Assembly: GCA_050246755.1 (NCBI GenBank)
Contig: JBFWVL010000001.1
Coordinates: 416,001-480,000 of the forward strand
Reading direction: 5' to 3'
Origin: Bacteriovoracia bacterium
GTDB lineage: Bacteria > Bdellovibrionota > UBA1018 > CAIPTA01
Length of the DNA stretch: 64,000 nucleotides
The notes under the pieces are model-generated. The model was not told the origin of the DNA, did no database searches, and saw only the letters and a program-made list of their open reading frames with translations. Shown here piece by piece: positions 36,941-46,451 of this stretch; position 1 is the stretch's first letter; every line of letters starts with the position of its first letter. Position numbers and translations under genes: made by a program.

Positions 36941-38110
36941 ATGGCCGGAGTAAAATACTGCTTAGGACTGATGAGTGGCACCAGCGTGGATTCAATCGAC
37001 GCTTCCCTTATTTCCGTGGGGCCTAAAGCGGACCAGCTGCTGCTGCATACGCAATACGAATATCCCAAAAAACTCCGGCAAGAAATCCTGGAGCTCATCC
37101 GCACTCCCTCCACCTCGCTCGAGGGCTTAACCCGGGTACACTATGAAATCGGCGCCGCCTTTGCCGAAGCCGCCTCCATCGCGATTGAAACGGCGAAAAA
37201 GAAAAAAATTTGCGTGAAAGGGCCCGACCTCATCGGCTCGCACGGGCAAACCGTGTTTCACGACCCGGCCGGTAAGAGAACCCTGCAAATTGGCGAAGCT
37301 TCCCTCATCTCCGCCCGAACGGGAATTACCACGGTGGCCGATTTTCGCTCCGCCGATACGGCCGCGGGCGGCGAGGGAGCTCCGCTCCTACCGCTTTATC
37401 ACCATCGCCTTTTTCGCCAGGAAGAGAAGCACGGGATCGCCATTCATAATTTGGGCGGGATCTCGAACTATACCTATCTCGGACCGAAGGGAAAAATATT
37501 TGCCCTGGATACCGGGCCCGCCAATTGCCTGCTCGATGGAGCTATCCAAAAATTTACCAGTGGCGGGAAATCTTTCGATGAAAAAGGAAATATTGCCCGC
37601 TCTGGAAAACTCAGCGAAGAGCTGTTGCGTAGTTTGCTCGAGGAAGGGGAAGTAGCCGCGTTCCGGAAGCTTGGCGCCCCTAAGAGCACCGGCCGCGAGC
37701 TCTTTAGCCCCCGCTTGCTGGAAGCCAAGCTGACCCAATTCTCACGCCTGTCTCCCCCCGACGTTCTGCGCACCTTAGCCCAATTCACCGTGGAGCTCAT
37801 TGCCGATAGCTATGAGTCTGAGATCGTGAAACGGAAACTGCCCTTGCGCACGGTGGTGATCGCGGGCGGCGGCGCCAAGAATTCTTTCCTGCTTTCGCTT
37901 CTCGAGCAGAGATTTCCCAAAGTAAAATTCCGGACCATGGAAGATTTCGGCCATAGCGCCCAGGCCCTCGAGTCGCAGGCATTCGCTTACTACGCCTACC
38001 TCACGCTTCAGGGCCGGCCGCTTACCTACCCCACCACTACCGGAGCGGAGGAAAGCGTCATTTGCGGAAAAATCAGCCCCGGGAAAAATTGGAAGAAAAT
38101 TGGTAAATAG
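36941..38110 (+). CDS. anmK: Anhydro-N-acetylmuramic acid kinase
   Basis: GLMSGTSVD, IGSHGQT, DFR..D.A.GGEGAPL, NLGGISN, DTGPAN, PKSTGRELF. Confidence 0.96.
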   Translation: MAGVKYCLGLMSGTSVDSIDASLISVGPKADQLLLHTQYEYPKKLRQEILELIRTPSTSLEGLTRVHYEIGAAFAEAASIAIETAKKKKICVKGPDLIGSHGQTVFHDPAGKRTLQIGEASLISARTGITTVADFRSADTAAGGEGAPLLPLYHHRLFRQEEKHGIAIHNLGGISNYTYLGPKGKIFALDTGPANCLLDGAIQKFTSGGKSFDEKGNIARSGKLSEELLRSLLEEGEVAAFRKLGAPKSTGRELFSPRLLEAKLTQFSRLSPPDVLRTLAQFTVELIADSYESEIVKRKLPLRTVVIAGGGAKNSFLLSLLEQRFPKVKFRTMEDFGHSAQALESQAFAYYAYLTLQGRPLTYPTTTGAEESVICGKISPGKNWKKIGK

Positions 38111-38120
38111 AAAGGGTCTT

Positions 38121-39233
38121 ATGCGCAAAGTCTTTTGCCTTGCCGCCCTCGGTTTTTTCGCCTGCTTGCACGCCAGCGCGGAAGACCTTCGCTGCAATAC
38201 CGATTTCGATATCCACCCTTGCGCCGATGGCAGCGGAGGCGCGAGCCAGGTACGTGAGGCCGCCCGCCAATACCGCAAAAACTGCCAGCTAGGGCAATCG
38301 AAAATTCAGGCGCAGCCAAAGCTTAAAGCCCAATGTGCCCGTCCCGGCAAGAAAACCCCGCTCACGGACTGCACCGACCAATGGGATAAGCAAAGCCGCG
38401 CGCTCGGCGATCTTCTCGATAGAGTGGGCGCCGAGAAAAAAGACCTCAACAAGATCTTCCTCTCCCTCCTGGCACCCGAGGGCTGCGAGGCTCTCGAAAA
38501 AAATAAAACCACGCTTCGCGAGCTGATCCAGCGTTACGATACCCTGGTGACCGCGGTAAATCCTCCGCGCCAAGAAGCACGGGAGGTTTCCGGTGCCTTC
38601 CAGAAGGAATTCATCAAAACGCTTATTCCTTTTAAAAACATTGATCCGGCCAAGCACTACGCCGGCACCGGCGACGAAGCACCGAGGGCCCCACCGGCCC
38701 CAGAGCAGGTGAGCAAGATGGGATGGGTGGATCGGGTGACCGCCTACCGTATCGCCCTCGAGGTGAATTATCCGGGTCCCAAGGACACCAATCTCCAGGT
38801 GGGAGACGTTACCGTGAAGGTAACCGCCGCTTTCGCAAGAGTACTACGGCTCGAAGGCTCCGGCGTTCTGAGCGACGGGCGCCTCGTGAATTCCGGCGGC
38901 GGAAAATATATTTTCGTGCCGGTGATCAAGGCTCCTTACGGACTGGGAAGCTATAAACGAACCCCCCTCGATCCTTTCCGTTCAATCGCGGTAGACCCTA
39001 AGGAGATTCCGCTGGGATCAACAGTATTTATTTATGAAGCGAGGGGTATGCCCCTGCCGCCGGCCCCGGATGGCACTCCCTTATTTCACGATGGGTATTT
39101 CCGCGCGATCGACGTGGGGCACGCCATTCTCGGAACCCATATCGACGTGTATACCGGGGATTCAGTGGAAGACTATCGCTTCGTGCAGAAGTTTTTCTAT
39201 AATCGCACGGTGCATTATTTTGTTTTGAAATAG
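38121..39233 (+). CDS. Exported 3D-domain (MltA-like) protein, putative lytic transglycosylase
   Basis: Signal peptide; SIAVDPKEIPLGS, AIDVGHAI.G.HIDVY. Confidence 0.82.
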   Translation: MRKVFCLAALGFFACLHASAEDLRCNTDFDIHPCADGSGGASQVREAARQYRKNCQLGQSKIQAQPKLKAQCARPGKKTPLTDCTDQWDKQSRALGDLLDRVGAEKKDLNKIFLSLLAPEGCEALEKNKTTLRELIQRYDTLVTAVNPPRQEAREVSGAFQKEFIKTLIPFKNIDPAKHYAGTGDEAPRAPPAPEQVSKMGWVDRVTAYRIALEVNYPGPKDTNLQVGDVTVKVTAAFARVLRLEGSGVLSDGRLVNSGGGKYIFVPVIKAPYGLGSYKRTPLDPFRSIAVDPKEIPLGSTVFIYEARGMPLPPAPDGTPLFHDGYFRAIDVGHAILGTHIDVYTGDSVEDYRFVQKFFYNRTVHYFVLK

Positions 39234-39246
39234 GCGTCGTTATCCC

Positions 39247-39260
39247 TGTCACTATTGACA
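39247..39260. promoter_or_regulatory. Palindrome TGTCA-N4-TGACA, candidate enhancer (bEBP site) for the lpxC sigma-54 promoter
   Basis: About 160 bp upstream of the -24 box, with an AT-rich spacer at 39368-39410. Confidence 0.35.
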
Positions 39261-39420
39261 CTAGCTGTGTCCTAAACAACACAAGGAACAACGGAATCAT
39301 CTCACTCCGAACACTCTCACTCCCCCAGGTGGAGCTCTGCGTTGCTCCATACCCATACACAACCCATTGAAAATACTGGTTAAATTTTCTGATTAATTTT
39401 AGGTAAATAGTCGGGTATTA

Positions 39421-39435
39421 TGGCACGACCATTGC
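39421..39435 (+). promoter_or_regulatory. Sigma-54 (-24/-12) promoter TGGCAC-N5-TTGC upstream of lpxC
   Basis: TGGCACGACCATTGC matches the consensus, 16 nt before the ATG. Confidence 0.72.
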
Positions 39436-39451
39436 CCTATACCCCCTGAGT

Positions 39452-40360
39452 ATGAGAAACCAAAAAACCATTCGCCAGCCTGTTTCGATTAGCGGTACGG
39501 GTCTGCATTCCGGGAAACGCGTGACCCTCACGCTCCACCCTGCCCGCGCGAATACCGGCATTCGTTTTCTGCGTACCGACCTTCCCGAATCCATCGAAAT
39601 CCAAGCCAACGTAAGAAACGTTCACTCGACCACGCTCGCCACCACCCTCTCGGCTGGTGGAGTGAAGATTTCTACCGTGGAGCACTTGATGAGCGCACTC
39701 TGGGCTCTGGGCATCGATAATGTGCTTTGCTCGGTAGATGGCGAAGAAGTGCCCATTCTGGACGGTAGCGCCCTCCCCTTCGCCCAGCTGATCCGGAAGG
39801 CCGGAGTAAAGAGCCAACGCAGCGCCCGCCGCTTCCTCGTGGCGCTCAAGACCATCGAGCTGCGCTCCGGCGACAAATGGGCCATCCTCAAGCCCTCGCG
39901 CGAATTCAAAATCCGCTACACTATCGATTTTCCCCATCCCGTGATTGGCAAGCAGAGCTTTGAGTTCAATTCCAATACGGACTTCATCAAAGAGATCGCC
40001 CCCTGCCGCACCTTCGGTTTCCTCAAAGACGTAGAGCGCATGCAAGCCATGGGCTTGGCACTAGGCGGATCTCTGCAAAATGCCGTCGTGCTCGATGAGC
40101 AAAAGGCCCTCAATCCCGAAGGCCTGCGCTTTCAGGATGAGTTCGTGCGCCACAAGATTTTGGATGCGATCGGCGATTTCTCCCTAATCGGCTACCCCAT
40201 CCTCGCGGACATCGAGTTGCACCGCGCCGGCCATGAGCTGCAAACCCGCCTGGTGCAAGAGCTTCTCGAGCAACCTGGCGCTTTCTCCATCTTCGTTCCC
40301 GATTCCAAAGAAGATTTCGAGAAGCCCTTCTGCCTAAGCCAAGCTGCTTACGCTTTCTAA
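39452..40360 (+). CDS. lpxC: UDP-3-O-acyl-N-acetylglucosamine deacetylase
   Basis: G.GLHSG, TVEHLMSAL, EVPILDGSA, RTFGF, EFVRHKILD.IGD. Confidence 0.98.
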   Translation: MRNQKTIRQPVSISGTGLHSGKRVTLTLHPARANTGIRFLRTDLPESIEIQANVRNVHSTTLATTLSAGGVKISTVEHLMSALWALGIDNVLCSVDGEEVPILDGSALPFAQLIRKAGVKSQRSARRFLVALKTIELRSGDKWAILKPSREFKIRYTIDFPHPVIGKQSFEFNSNTDFIKEIAPCRTFGFLKDVERMQAMGLALGGSLQNAVVLDEQKALNPEGLRFQDEFVRHKILDAIGDFSLIGYPILADIELHRAGHELQTRLVQELLEQPGAFSIFVPDSKEDFEKPFCLSQAAYAF

Positions 40361-40371
40361 TTTTTAAAAAT

Positions 40372-40421
40372 CAAAAAAATTGCGGCGAAAACCGGGCCGA
40401 AGCCCTAGTTCCCGCCGCAAT
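40372..40421 (-). terminator. Intrinsic terminator with C(UUCG)G loop between convergent genes
   Basis: Minus strand ATTGCGGCG...GGGC-TTCG-GCCC...CGCCGCAAT followed by a T-run. Confidence 0.8.
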
Positions 40422-40448
40422 GGCGATTCCTAGATTCCACGTAAGGAA

Positions 40449-40940
40449 CTATTTGCGAACGAAACGTCCATTTTTGCAGGTATAAAGAACGCGCACGGTG
40501 CCGTTCTCACCGCCGTTACGGCTATCGCTCTCTTCGAAGTACATTTCCGAGCCGTTTTTGCAAACGTAGCGGCTGCCGCGGTCCGAGTGGCGGCCGTGTC
40601 TTTTTTTGCCGTACATTCTTTTGTATTTACCGTTGTGGCATACGAAGGGAACGTCGATGGTGCCGCTATCGCCGCCGTTACGGCTATCGGCCACCGGGAA
40701 ATTCTGGATATCCCCCTCCACGCAGCCACGATACTCGGGAGCCGGAGCAACGTAATCTTCGGTGAAGCGGCCATCTACGCAAGTCCAAAGAACGTCTTGG
40801 CAAGCGCCACCTTCGGAATTTTGGCAAAGGGCCGGGTTATTGGAGGGCCAGTAGTGCTGTTCGCCTTCACGGCAAGAGCTGGCATTTGCGGCAATCGAGC
40901 TGAAGCCGAGTACCACTACGAGGGCAAATAAAGTTTTCAT
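40449..40940 (-). CDS. Secreted protein with three Cys-bracketed repeats (CxxG...CxN/DG[RK][FY])
   Basis: Signal peptide ending ANA; SD AGGAG; DSRNGG occurs twice. Confidence 0.8.
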   Translation of the reverse strand: MKTLFALVVVLGFSSIAANASSCREGEQHYWPSNNPALCQNSEGGACQDVLWTCVDGRFTEDYVAPAPEYRGCVEGDIQNFPVADSRNGGDSGTIDVPFVCHNGKYKRMYGKKRHGRHSDRGSRYVCKNGSEMYFEESDSRNGGENGTVRVLYTCKNGRFVRK

Positions 40941-41124
40941 TCTATAACTCCTGAATATTTTTGTTTACGTTCCACTAATTTCCGGTGCGGAAGCGAGCGC
41001 CATTTCGCTTGCGGCGAAAATAGCTCCCGGCCCGAGCAGAGTTTTTAACTTAATTTCACGGAGGATGCGCGTGCAGGAATGCCGCAAAAATTGCCGCGGC
41101 ACGCGTGGCCAGAATGTCGCAAAT

Positions 41125-42054
41125 TCACTGTTTCTCTTTGGCTTGCGCGAAATCAATTTGCATCTGGGCCAGCAGCTCCTGCACCCCGGCGAATTTTTTC
41201 TCGGGACGTAGAAAGTCTAGGAAATCCACTTGGATCTCATCGCCGTACATGTCGGCATCGAAATCGAATAAATGGGTCTCGATCTTGAGCGGCAGATCAT
41301 CGCCATCACCCTTAAAGGTGGGATTATAGCCGACGTTGGAAACGCTGGCGTACCATCTCCCATGCCAGAGGGTACGGGTGGCGTATACCCCTACTCGTGG
41401 GTACTTACGCTGCACCGTCTGCATATTAGCGGTGGGAACTCCGATCGTTCTACCTCGGCCTTCGCCCCGCCAAACGAGGCCGCGAAGGAAAAAATTTCTT
41501 CCCAGGCACTGGTTCACGAAAGCGATGTTTCCTTCCTCGAGGGATTTACGCACGAGCGAGCTCGAAACGGTGGCGTCGCCGATTTTCCTCGCGGGCACCA
41601 CGTGGATCTCGATCCCGTTCTCTTCCGCCAACCGCTTCATGGTATCAACCGAACCGGCACGCGCCTTGCCAAACGCAAAATCATAGCCCAGATAAAGTAC
41701 CTTTGCGCCCAGGCTTCCCACGAGGTGCTTGCGCACGAACTCCTCGGGAGTGATATTGCTGAACTCTCGGCTAAAAGGCTCTTCCATCACGCACTGAATG
41801 CCGTGTTGGCCCAAAAGCTCGATCTTTTCTTCGTAGGTATTGATCAGCTGAGGAGCATCGCTCGGGCGGAGCACGAAATAGGGATGAGGGCGGAAGGTAA
41901 AAGCCATAGGCAGGCCGCCGATGCGGGCGGCGTGGTCGCGGACATTCCGGAGAAGATCCTGATGCCCTAAATGGACGCCATCGAAGTTCCCGATCGTGAG
42001 CACGCTTTTCCCTGGCGGAGCTGAGAGCTCGGCCATTCCCTTGTAAACCCGCAT
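41125..42054 (-). CDS. ribF: Bifunctional riboflavin kinase/FAD synthetase
   Basis: IGNFDGVHLGHQ, GYDFAFG, VSSS, GRTIGVPTAN, NVGYNPTF, ETHLFDF, LRPEKKF. Confidence 0.96.
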   Translation of the reverse strand: MRVYKGMAELSAPPGKSVLTIGNFDGVHLGHQDLLRNVRDHAARIGGLPMAFTFRPHPYFVLRPSDAPQLINTYEEKIELLGQHGIQCVMEEPFSREFSNITPEEFVRKHLVGSLGAKVLYLGYDFAFGKARAGSVDTMKRLAEENGIEIHVVPARKIGDATVSSSLVRKSLEEGNIAFVNQCLGRNFFLRGLVWRGEGRGRTIGVPTANMQTVQRKYPRVGVYATRTLWHGRWYASVSNVGYNPTFKGDGDDLPLKIETHLFDFDADMYGDEIQVDFLDFLRPEKKFAGVQELLAQMQIDFAQAKEKQ

Positions 42055-42076
42055 AAGCCGTGGGATATCATACCGC

Positions 42077-43918
42077 ATGCTGTCGAGGAAAGTCATTCTC
42101 CGCGCACTCGTGTGTGCGCTCCTAGCCATGGTGCCGTTTCCTGAGCAGGAAAACCAAATCTACGATCAGAAGATCAAGCTCCTCAGCAAAACGGAGTTCC
42201 AGCGCCCCAAATCGGTAGTGGTGGTGGAGGTTTCGAAAGACGACTTCGACGCTCTCCGGCAACGTTTCTCGGAAAATTCCAGTAGCGAAAAAAACGAAGA
42301 ATTTGGTCCTTGGCGGGAGAAATTTGAATCGCTGCGGAAGCAATTTTTCTGGGATGATCAGGTATACCACGCCGTGCTAAGCCGCATTTTGGCGGAGAAA
42401 CCTCATCGCTTGCTGATCACCTTTTTCTACAGCGAGAGCCTCGTGCTCCTGCAAAGCAATCCCGGCCTGCAAAAACTCGCCCGCGATCCAAATGTGTTGT
42501 GGGCCAGCCAATTCGATCTCGACCAGAAATTAATGAAGCCCGCACCGGAACTTACCGGAACGGAAAACTTCGGCTTCACTACGCTACATCCCGATGTGGA
42601 TGGCGTGGTTCGGCGCGCTTATCTTATTTATAAAAATCATATTTCGCTTCCCTACCGCGCCCTCTTCGAGGGGCCGGAAGCGGCAAGGCGCAACGCCCTC
42701 ACCGAATCTTTTCTCATTCGCTACAGCGGCCCCCCGGGATTTATTCCTACCTGCAGCGTGCAGGATCTTTTTTCGGAAAAGGAAAATCGCTGCGGCGGCC
42801 TAAAAGACAAGTTCGTGATCCTCTCGCCCGCCGGTAGTTTAGCCGCGGGCGCGAACCTCTATCGCACCCCCGTGGGCTACATGAGCCGCGGCGAAGCCCT
42901 CGCCAATATCCTGCTTACCGCCCAGAGCGCCGAGCCTTATCTGCCGGTGGGCAAGGAACTGCTTTTCATCTTCGTGCTCGCCCACTGCCTGCTGCTTTCC
43001 GTAATTGTTCTGCATTCCGGCGGGCGCCGCCAGCTCTCCGCCGCGGTCGGGCTGCTTCTCGGAGAATCTCTTCTCATCCTCTTCCTGATGCGATTCTTTG
43101 AATTACACGTGCCCTTCGTGCCTTTTATCATCGCCACCGCGGCCTCCTATTTCGCCTTTCTCTGGCTAAAATTCGCCCAGCAGGAGTCCAAGCGCTGGCA
43201 GGCTGAAAAGAAGGCTCAGTACCTCCGCGAGCTCGACGAACTAAAGTCCAATTTTATTTCTCTGATGAGCCACGACCTAAAAACGCCGATCGCAAAGGTG
43301 CAGGCGCTCACCGAACGGCTCACGCGCGAGGCGCGGAGCCTCACCGATGAACACCGCGGCATCCTGGACGCAATCCGGCGCTCCAACGATGAACTGGCCG
43401 AATATATCGTGAGCATCCTCAATTTCCAGAAAATCGAATCCCAGGAAGTTCGCCTTCACCATAAAAGCCACGATATTAATCTCCTGATCGAAGAGTCGGT
43501 GCAGCGTTTGAAGCCCCTGGCCCAGGACCGCGGCATCCGGCTCGAGCTGGAACTGGAGCCGATGTTCGCCCTCGAGCTGGATGAACAGCTCATTCGTCAA
43601 GTACTCAACAACTTGATTGATAATGCGGTGAAATATAATCAAAGCGGCACCGTGGTAAAGGTTCGCTCGGCAGATTTAGGGCAATTCGTAGAAGTAGCGG
43701 TGGAAGACAACGGCGTGGGAATCGAGCCGGGACAGATGGATCGGCTGTTTAAAAAATTTTCCCGCTCGGAAAAAGGCACTTCAGAAAGAGTGAAAGGAAC
43801 GGGACTCGGGCTTTACCTGGCAAAGTACTTTATTGAACTTCACGGCGGAGACATCGAAGTGGAAAGCGCGTTAGGGCAAGGCACAAAATTCCGGTTCCGC
43901 TTGCCTGTGAGAAACTAA
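42077..43918 (+). CDS. CHASE2-domain sensor histidine kinase
   Basis: DVDGVVRR, LKDKFVIL, TPVG.M..GE..AN, TM helices, SHDLKTP, NLIDNAVKY, DNGVGI, GTGLGL. Confidence 0.9.
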   Translation: MLSRKVILRALVCALLAMVPFPEQENQIYDQKIKLLSKTEFQRPKSVVVVEVSKDDFDALRQRFSENSSSEKNEEFGPWREKFESLRKQFFWDDQVYHAVLSRILAEKPHRLLITFFYSESLVLLQSNPGLQKLARDPNVLWASQFDLDQKLMKPAPELTGTENFGFTTLHPDVDGVVRRAYLIYKNHISLPYRALFEGPEAARRNALTESFLIRYSGPPGFIPTCSVQDLFSEKENRCGGLKDKFVILSPAGSLAAGANLYRTPVGYMSRGEALANILLTAQSAEPYLPVGKELLFIFVLAHCLLLSVIVLHSGGRRQLSAAVGLLLGESLLILFLMRFFELHVPFVPFIIATAASYFAFLWLKFAQQESKRWQAEKKAQYLRELDELKSNFISLMSHDLKTPIAKVQALTERLTREARSLTDEHRGILDAIRRSNDELAEYIVSILNFQKIESQEVRLHHKSHDINLLIEESVQRLKPLAQDRGIRLELELEPMFALELDEQLIRQVLNNLIDNAVKYNQSGTVVKVRSADLGQFVEVAVEDNGVGIEPGQMDRLFKKFSRSEKGTSERVKGTGLGLYLAKYFIELHGGDIEVESALGQGTKFRFRLPVRN

Positions 43919-44006
43919 CCCTACTAAAAATCGCTATCGTTGCCTCCTGCCGTAGCTACATTCGGGGATTGTCTTTTAGTCTTCGTTTCGATAAACAAAA
44001 TAACCT

Positions 44007-44702
44007 ATGCAAATTGCCGCCCTTCCGGAAGCACGAAGCTTCAATCACCTGCGTTTTCTGGAGCTCGCCCAGTACTATTGCGATCTTCTGAGCCGCGAGG
44101 GCATTCCTGCGTTGCCGTGGCAAGATTCGTCTCTTCCTCACTTCAATCGCCTTGAGGGAAATCGCCAGATTGCGCTGCTAAAATGCCTCGAGAGCCAAAT
44201 CAACGTAGTAAGCGAAGCGCTGCAAAACCGCGGAAGCCTGCTGGATTCCTGGAGCCTGATTTGGTCCTTCTTAAAGGAAATGAATTTCGTGCCCTCCTCC
44301 GACCTGTTGAATCACATCACGCCCGATGACTATATCGCGGTCTATAACCTGCAGCACTCGATGCTCTTTCTCAGCCCGAACCACCTCAAGCTCATGTCGT
44401 ACTCTCTCGAGGACCTCTACTGCCGTTCGTGGATGGAGATTTTCACCCGCGATGAACGCATCACTAAAGTGCTCATGGAAAGGGCCATTAGTTTCGGCCA
44501 AGGGAAACGGCGCCAAACCCTCTCAAACGAGGACGTGCCGCCGCATTTTCTCGCGGAGAATCAGTCTCCGGGCATGCGAATAGCCACCTGCCGCTCGAAA
44601 GCCTACTCCCCCATTTTTCAGAATGGGGTACCGGTGGGGTATATCTCGGTGAACCAGACCACCGCCTCGGTTAGCCGGGTTATGCCCCGCCCTTCGGTAT
44701 AG
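44007..44702 (+). CDS. Hypothetical cytoplasmic protein with PAS-like C-terminal region
   Basis: D.IAVYN..H.MLF.S...L.LMSYSLEDL....W.EIF.R pattern; lies between the kinase and the regulator. Confidence 0.6.
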   Translation: MQIAALPEARSFNHLRFLELAQYYCDLLSREGIPALPWQDSSLPHFNRLEGNRQIALLKCLESQINVVSEALQNRGSLLDSWSLIWSFLKEMNFVPSSDLLNHITPDDYIAVYNLQHSMLFLSPNHLKLMSYSLEDLYCRSWMEIFTRDERITKVLMERAISFGQGKRRQTLSNEDVPPHFLAENQSPGMRIATCRSKAYSPIFQNGVPVGYISVNQTTASVSRVMPRPSV

Positions 44703-44774
44703 GCCTTTTTTACCAAGGCTAATGATTCAAGGCGTTTAGCTGCCCCAGCTTTAATGCAACGCATAATAAACCCT

Positions 44775-44802
44775 TTGACTCATACCAAGTGTTTATTATA
44801 AA
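44775..44802 (+). promoter_or_regulatory. Candidate sigma-70 promoter TTGACT-N16-TATAAA
   Basis: Upstream of SD GGAGG and the TTG start of the regulator. Confidence 0.45.
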
Positions 44803-44823
44803 AGAGGTTTCCTGGAGGCCTTT

Positions 44824-46293
44824 TTGAAAATTCCCAAAGTTTTAATCGCGGACGATGAGAAAGAATTGCGCGAAAGCATCAGCGCAACCCTCGAACATAT
44901 GGGCTTTCAAACCGTGCTCGCCGCCGACGGGGAGGAAGCCATCGCCAAAGCGCAGACCGAAGATTTTTCGATCGCCATCCTCGATGTGAACATGCCGAAA
45001 CGCAACGGCTTCGAAGCCCTGCGTGCGATCCGCGAAAACGACCCTTCGATTTTAGTCCTGATGATCACCGCGCACGGGAACGTAACCGACGCCGTGGAAG
45101 CCCTCAAAGAAGGCGCCTTCAATTATATTGAGAAGCCGGTGAAGGAATCCCACCTCCGTGACCTCGTGGAAAAAGCGTCGAAGACCCACCAGGCCGTGCG
45201 CGAGGTAGCGCTCTCTTCTCCTACCATCAAGCTCGAGAACGGCCAGGAATTCGTGGGCCACTCCCGGCAAATGAAAAGTGTTTTCTCGCTCATCCAGCGC
45301 CTGGGGAATATGTCCACCTCCGTGCTGATCCGCGGGGAAAACGGCACGGGCAAAGAACTCGTGGCTTCTGCCATACATAGCTCCGGCGCACGCAAAGACA
45401 AGCGCTTCGTGGCCGTGAACTGCGGCGCCATCCCGGAAAATCTCATGGAGAGCGAGCTCTTCGGCCACGAAAAAGGAGCCTTCACCGGCGCCAACGCCCG
45501 GCATATCGGAAAATTCCAATACGCCGAGGGCGGAACGCTTTTTCTCGACGAGATCGGGGAGCTCTCCACGCAAATGCAGGTGAAGCTCCTGCGCGTGCTC
45601 CAGGAACGCACCTTTACTCCCGTGGGCTCCAATCGCGAGATCCGCTGCGATATCCGTGTGATCGCCGCCACGAACCGCGATCTGGAAAAAATGATCCGCG
45701 AAGGCGATTTCCGCCAAGATCTCTTTTATCGCCTCAACGTGATGCCGATTTTCCTGCCGCCGCTACGCGAACGCGTAGACGACGTACCGATCCTCGTAAC
45801 GAACTTCATCCAGAAGTTCAATCGCCTGCATAACCGGAATATTTCCGGAATCAATCCCGATGCGCTCGAAAGCCTCAAACGTTACGACTGGCCGGGAAAT
45901 ATCCGCGAGCTCGAGAACGCCGTGGAACGCTCCTTTGTGATGGAGCTCGGCGAAACGATTTCTTTGCGCGCGCTACCGGAACAAATTTCAGGCCTCTCGG
46001 CCGAAGAAAATACGCAGCCCGAAGACACCGTGGCCACGCTCACCGTGAAGGCCTCCGGAGATTCCGAGATCCTCGTGGCGGGAATCGATTTTCAGCAAGA
46101 GAAGGAAGACTTCGAGCGCCAGTTCATCATCAACGCGCTAAAGCGCTTCAACGGTCGCATCAACCAAACCGTGGCGCACGCGAATATCCCGAAGAACACT
46201 TTGCTACGCAAGATCCGCAAATACGATATCAAGCCCTTTGAGTTCGGCGCGGAATCTCACGAAGACGAAATGGTTCCAGACGAAACCCTATAG
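44824..46293 (+). CDS. Sigma-54-dependent response regulator (NtrC family: REC-AAA+-HTH)
   Basis: IADDE, LDVNMP, GENGTGKE, ESELFGHEKGAFTGA, LFLDEIGE, WPGNIRELEN. Confidence 0.96.
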   Translation: MKIPKVLIADDEKELRESISATLEHMGFQTVLAADGEEAIAKAQTEDFSIAILDVNMPKRNGFEALRAIRENDPSILVLMITAHGNVTDAVEALKEGAFNYIEKPVKESHLRDLVEKASKTHQAVREVALSSPTIKLENGQEFVGHSRQMKSVFSLIQRLGNMSTSVLIRGENGTGKELVASAIHSSGARKDKRFVAVNCGAIPENLMESELFGHEKGAFTGANARHIGKFQYAEGGTLFLDEIGELSTQMQVKLLRVLQERTFTPVGSNREIRCDIRVIAATNRDLEKMIREGDFRQDLFYRLNVMPIFLPPLRERVDDVPILVTNFIQKFNRLHNRNISGINPDALESLKRYDWPGNIRELENAVERSFVMELGETISLRALPEQISGLSAEENTQPEDTVATLTVKASGDSEILVAGIDFQQEKEDFERQFIINALKRFNGRINQTVAHANIPKNTLLRKIRKYDIKPFEFGAESHEDEMVPDETL

Positions 46294-46451
46294 GGTGCGT
46301 TATCCCGCTAACGGGTAGCCATTTCGATTTCATCTTCCCTTAAAATCGGCCTGAGCGGCAATTTGACTAATTGCGCGTTCCGCATTTAGCCTATTCCTAC
46401 CCGACGCAATCCGGAAGCTCCCGACGCGCTTCCATTTTTGAAGGAGCCGCT

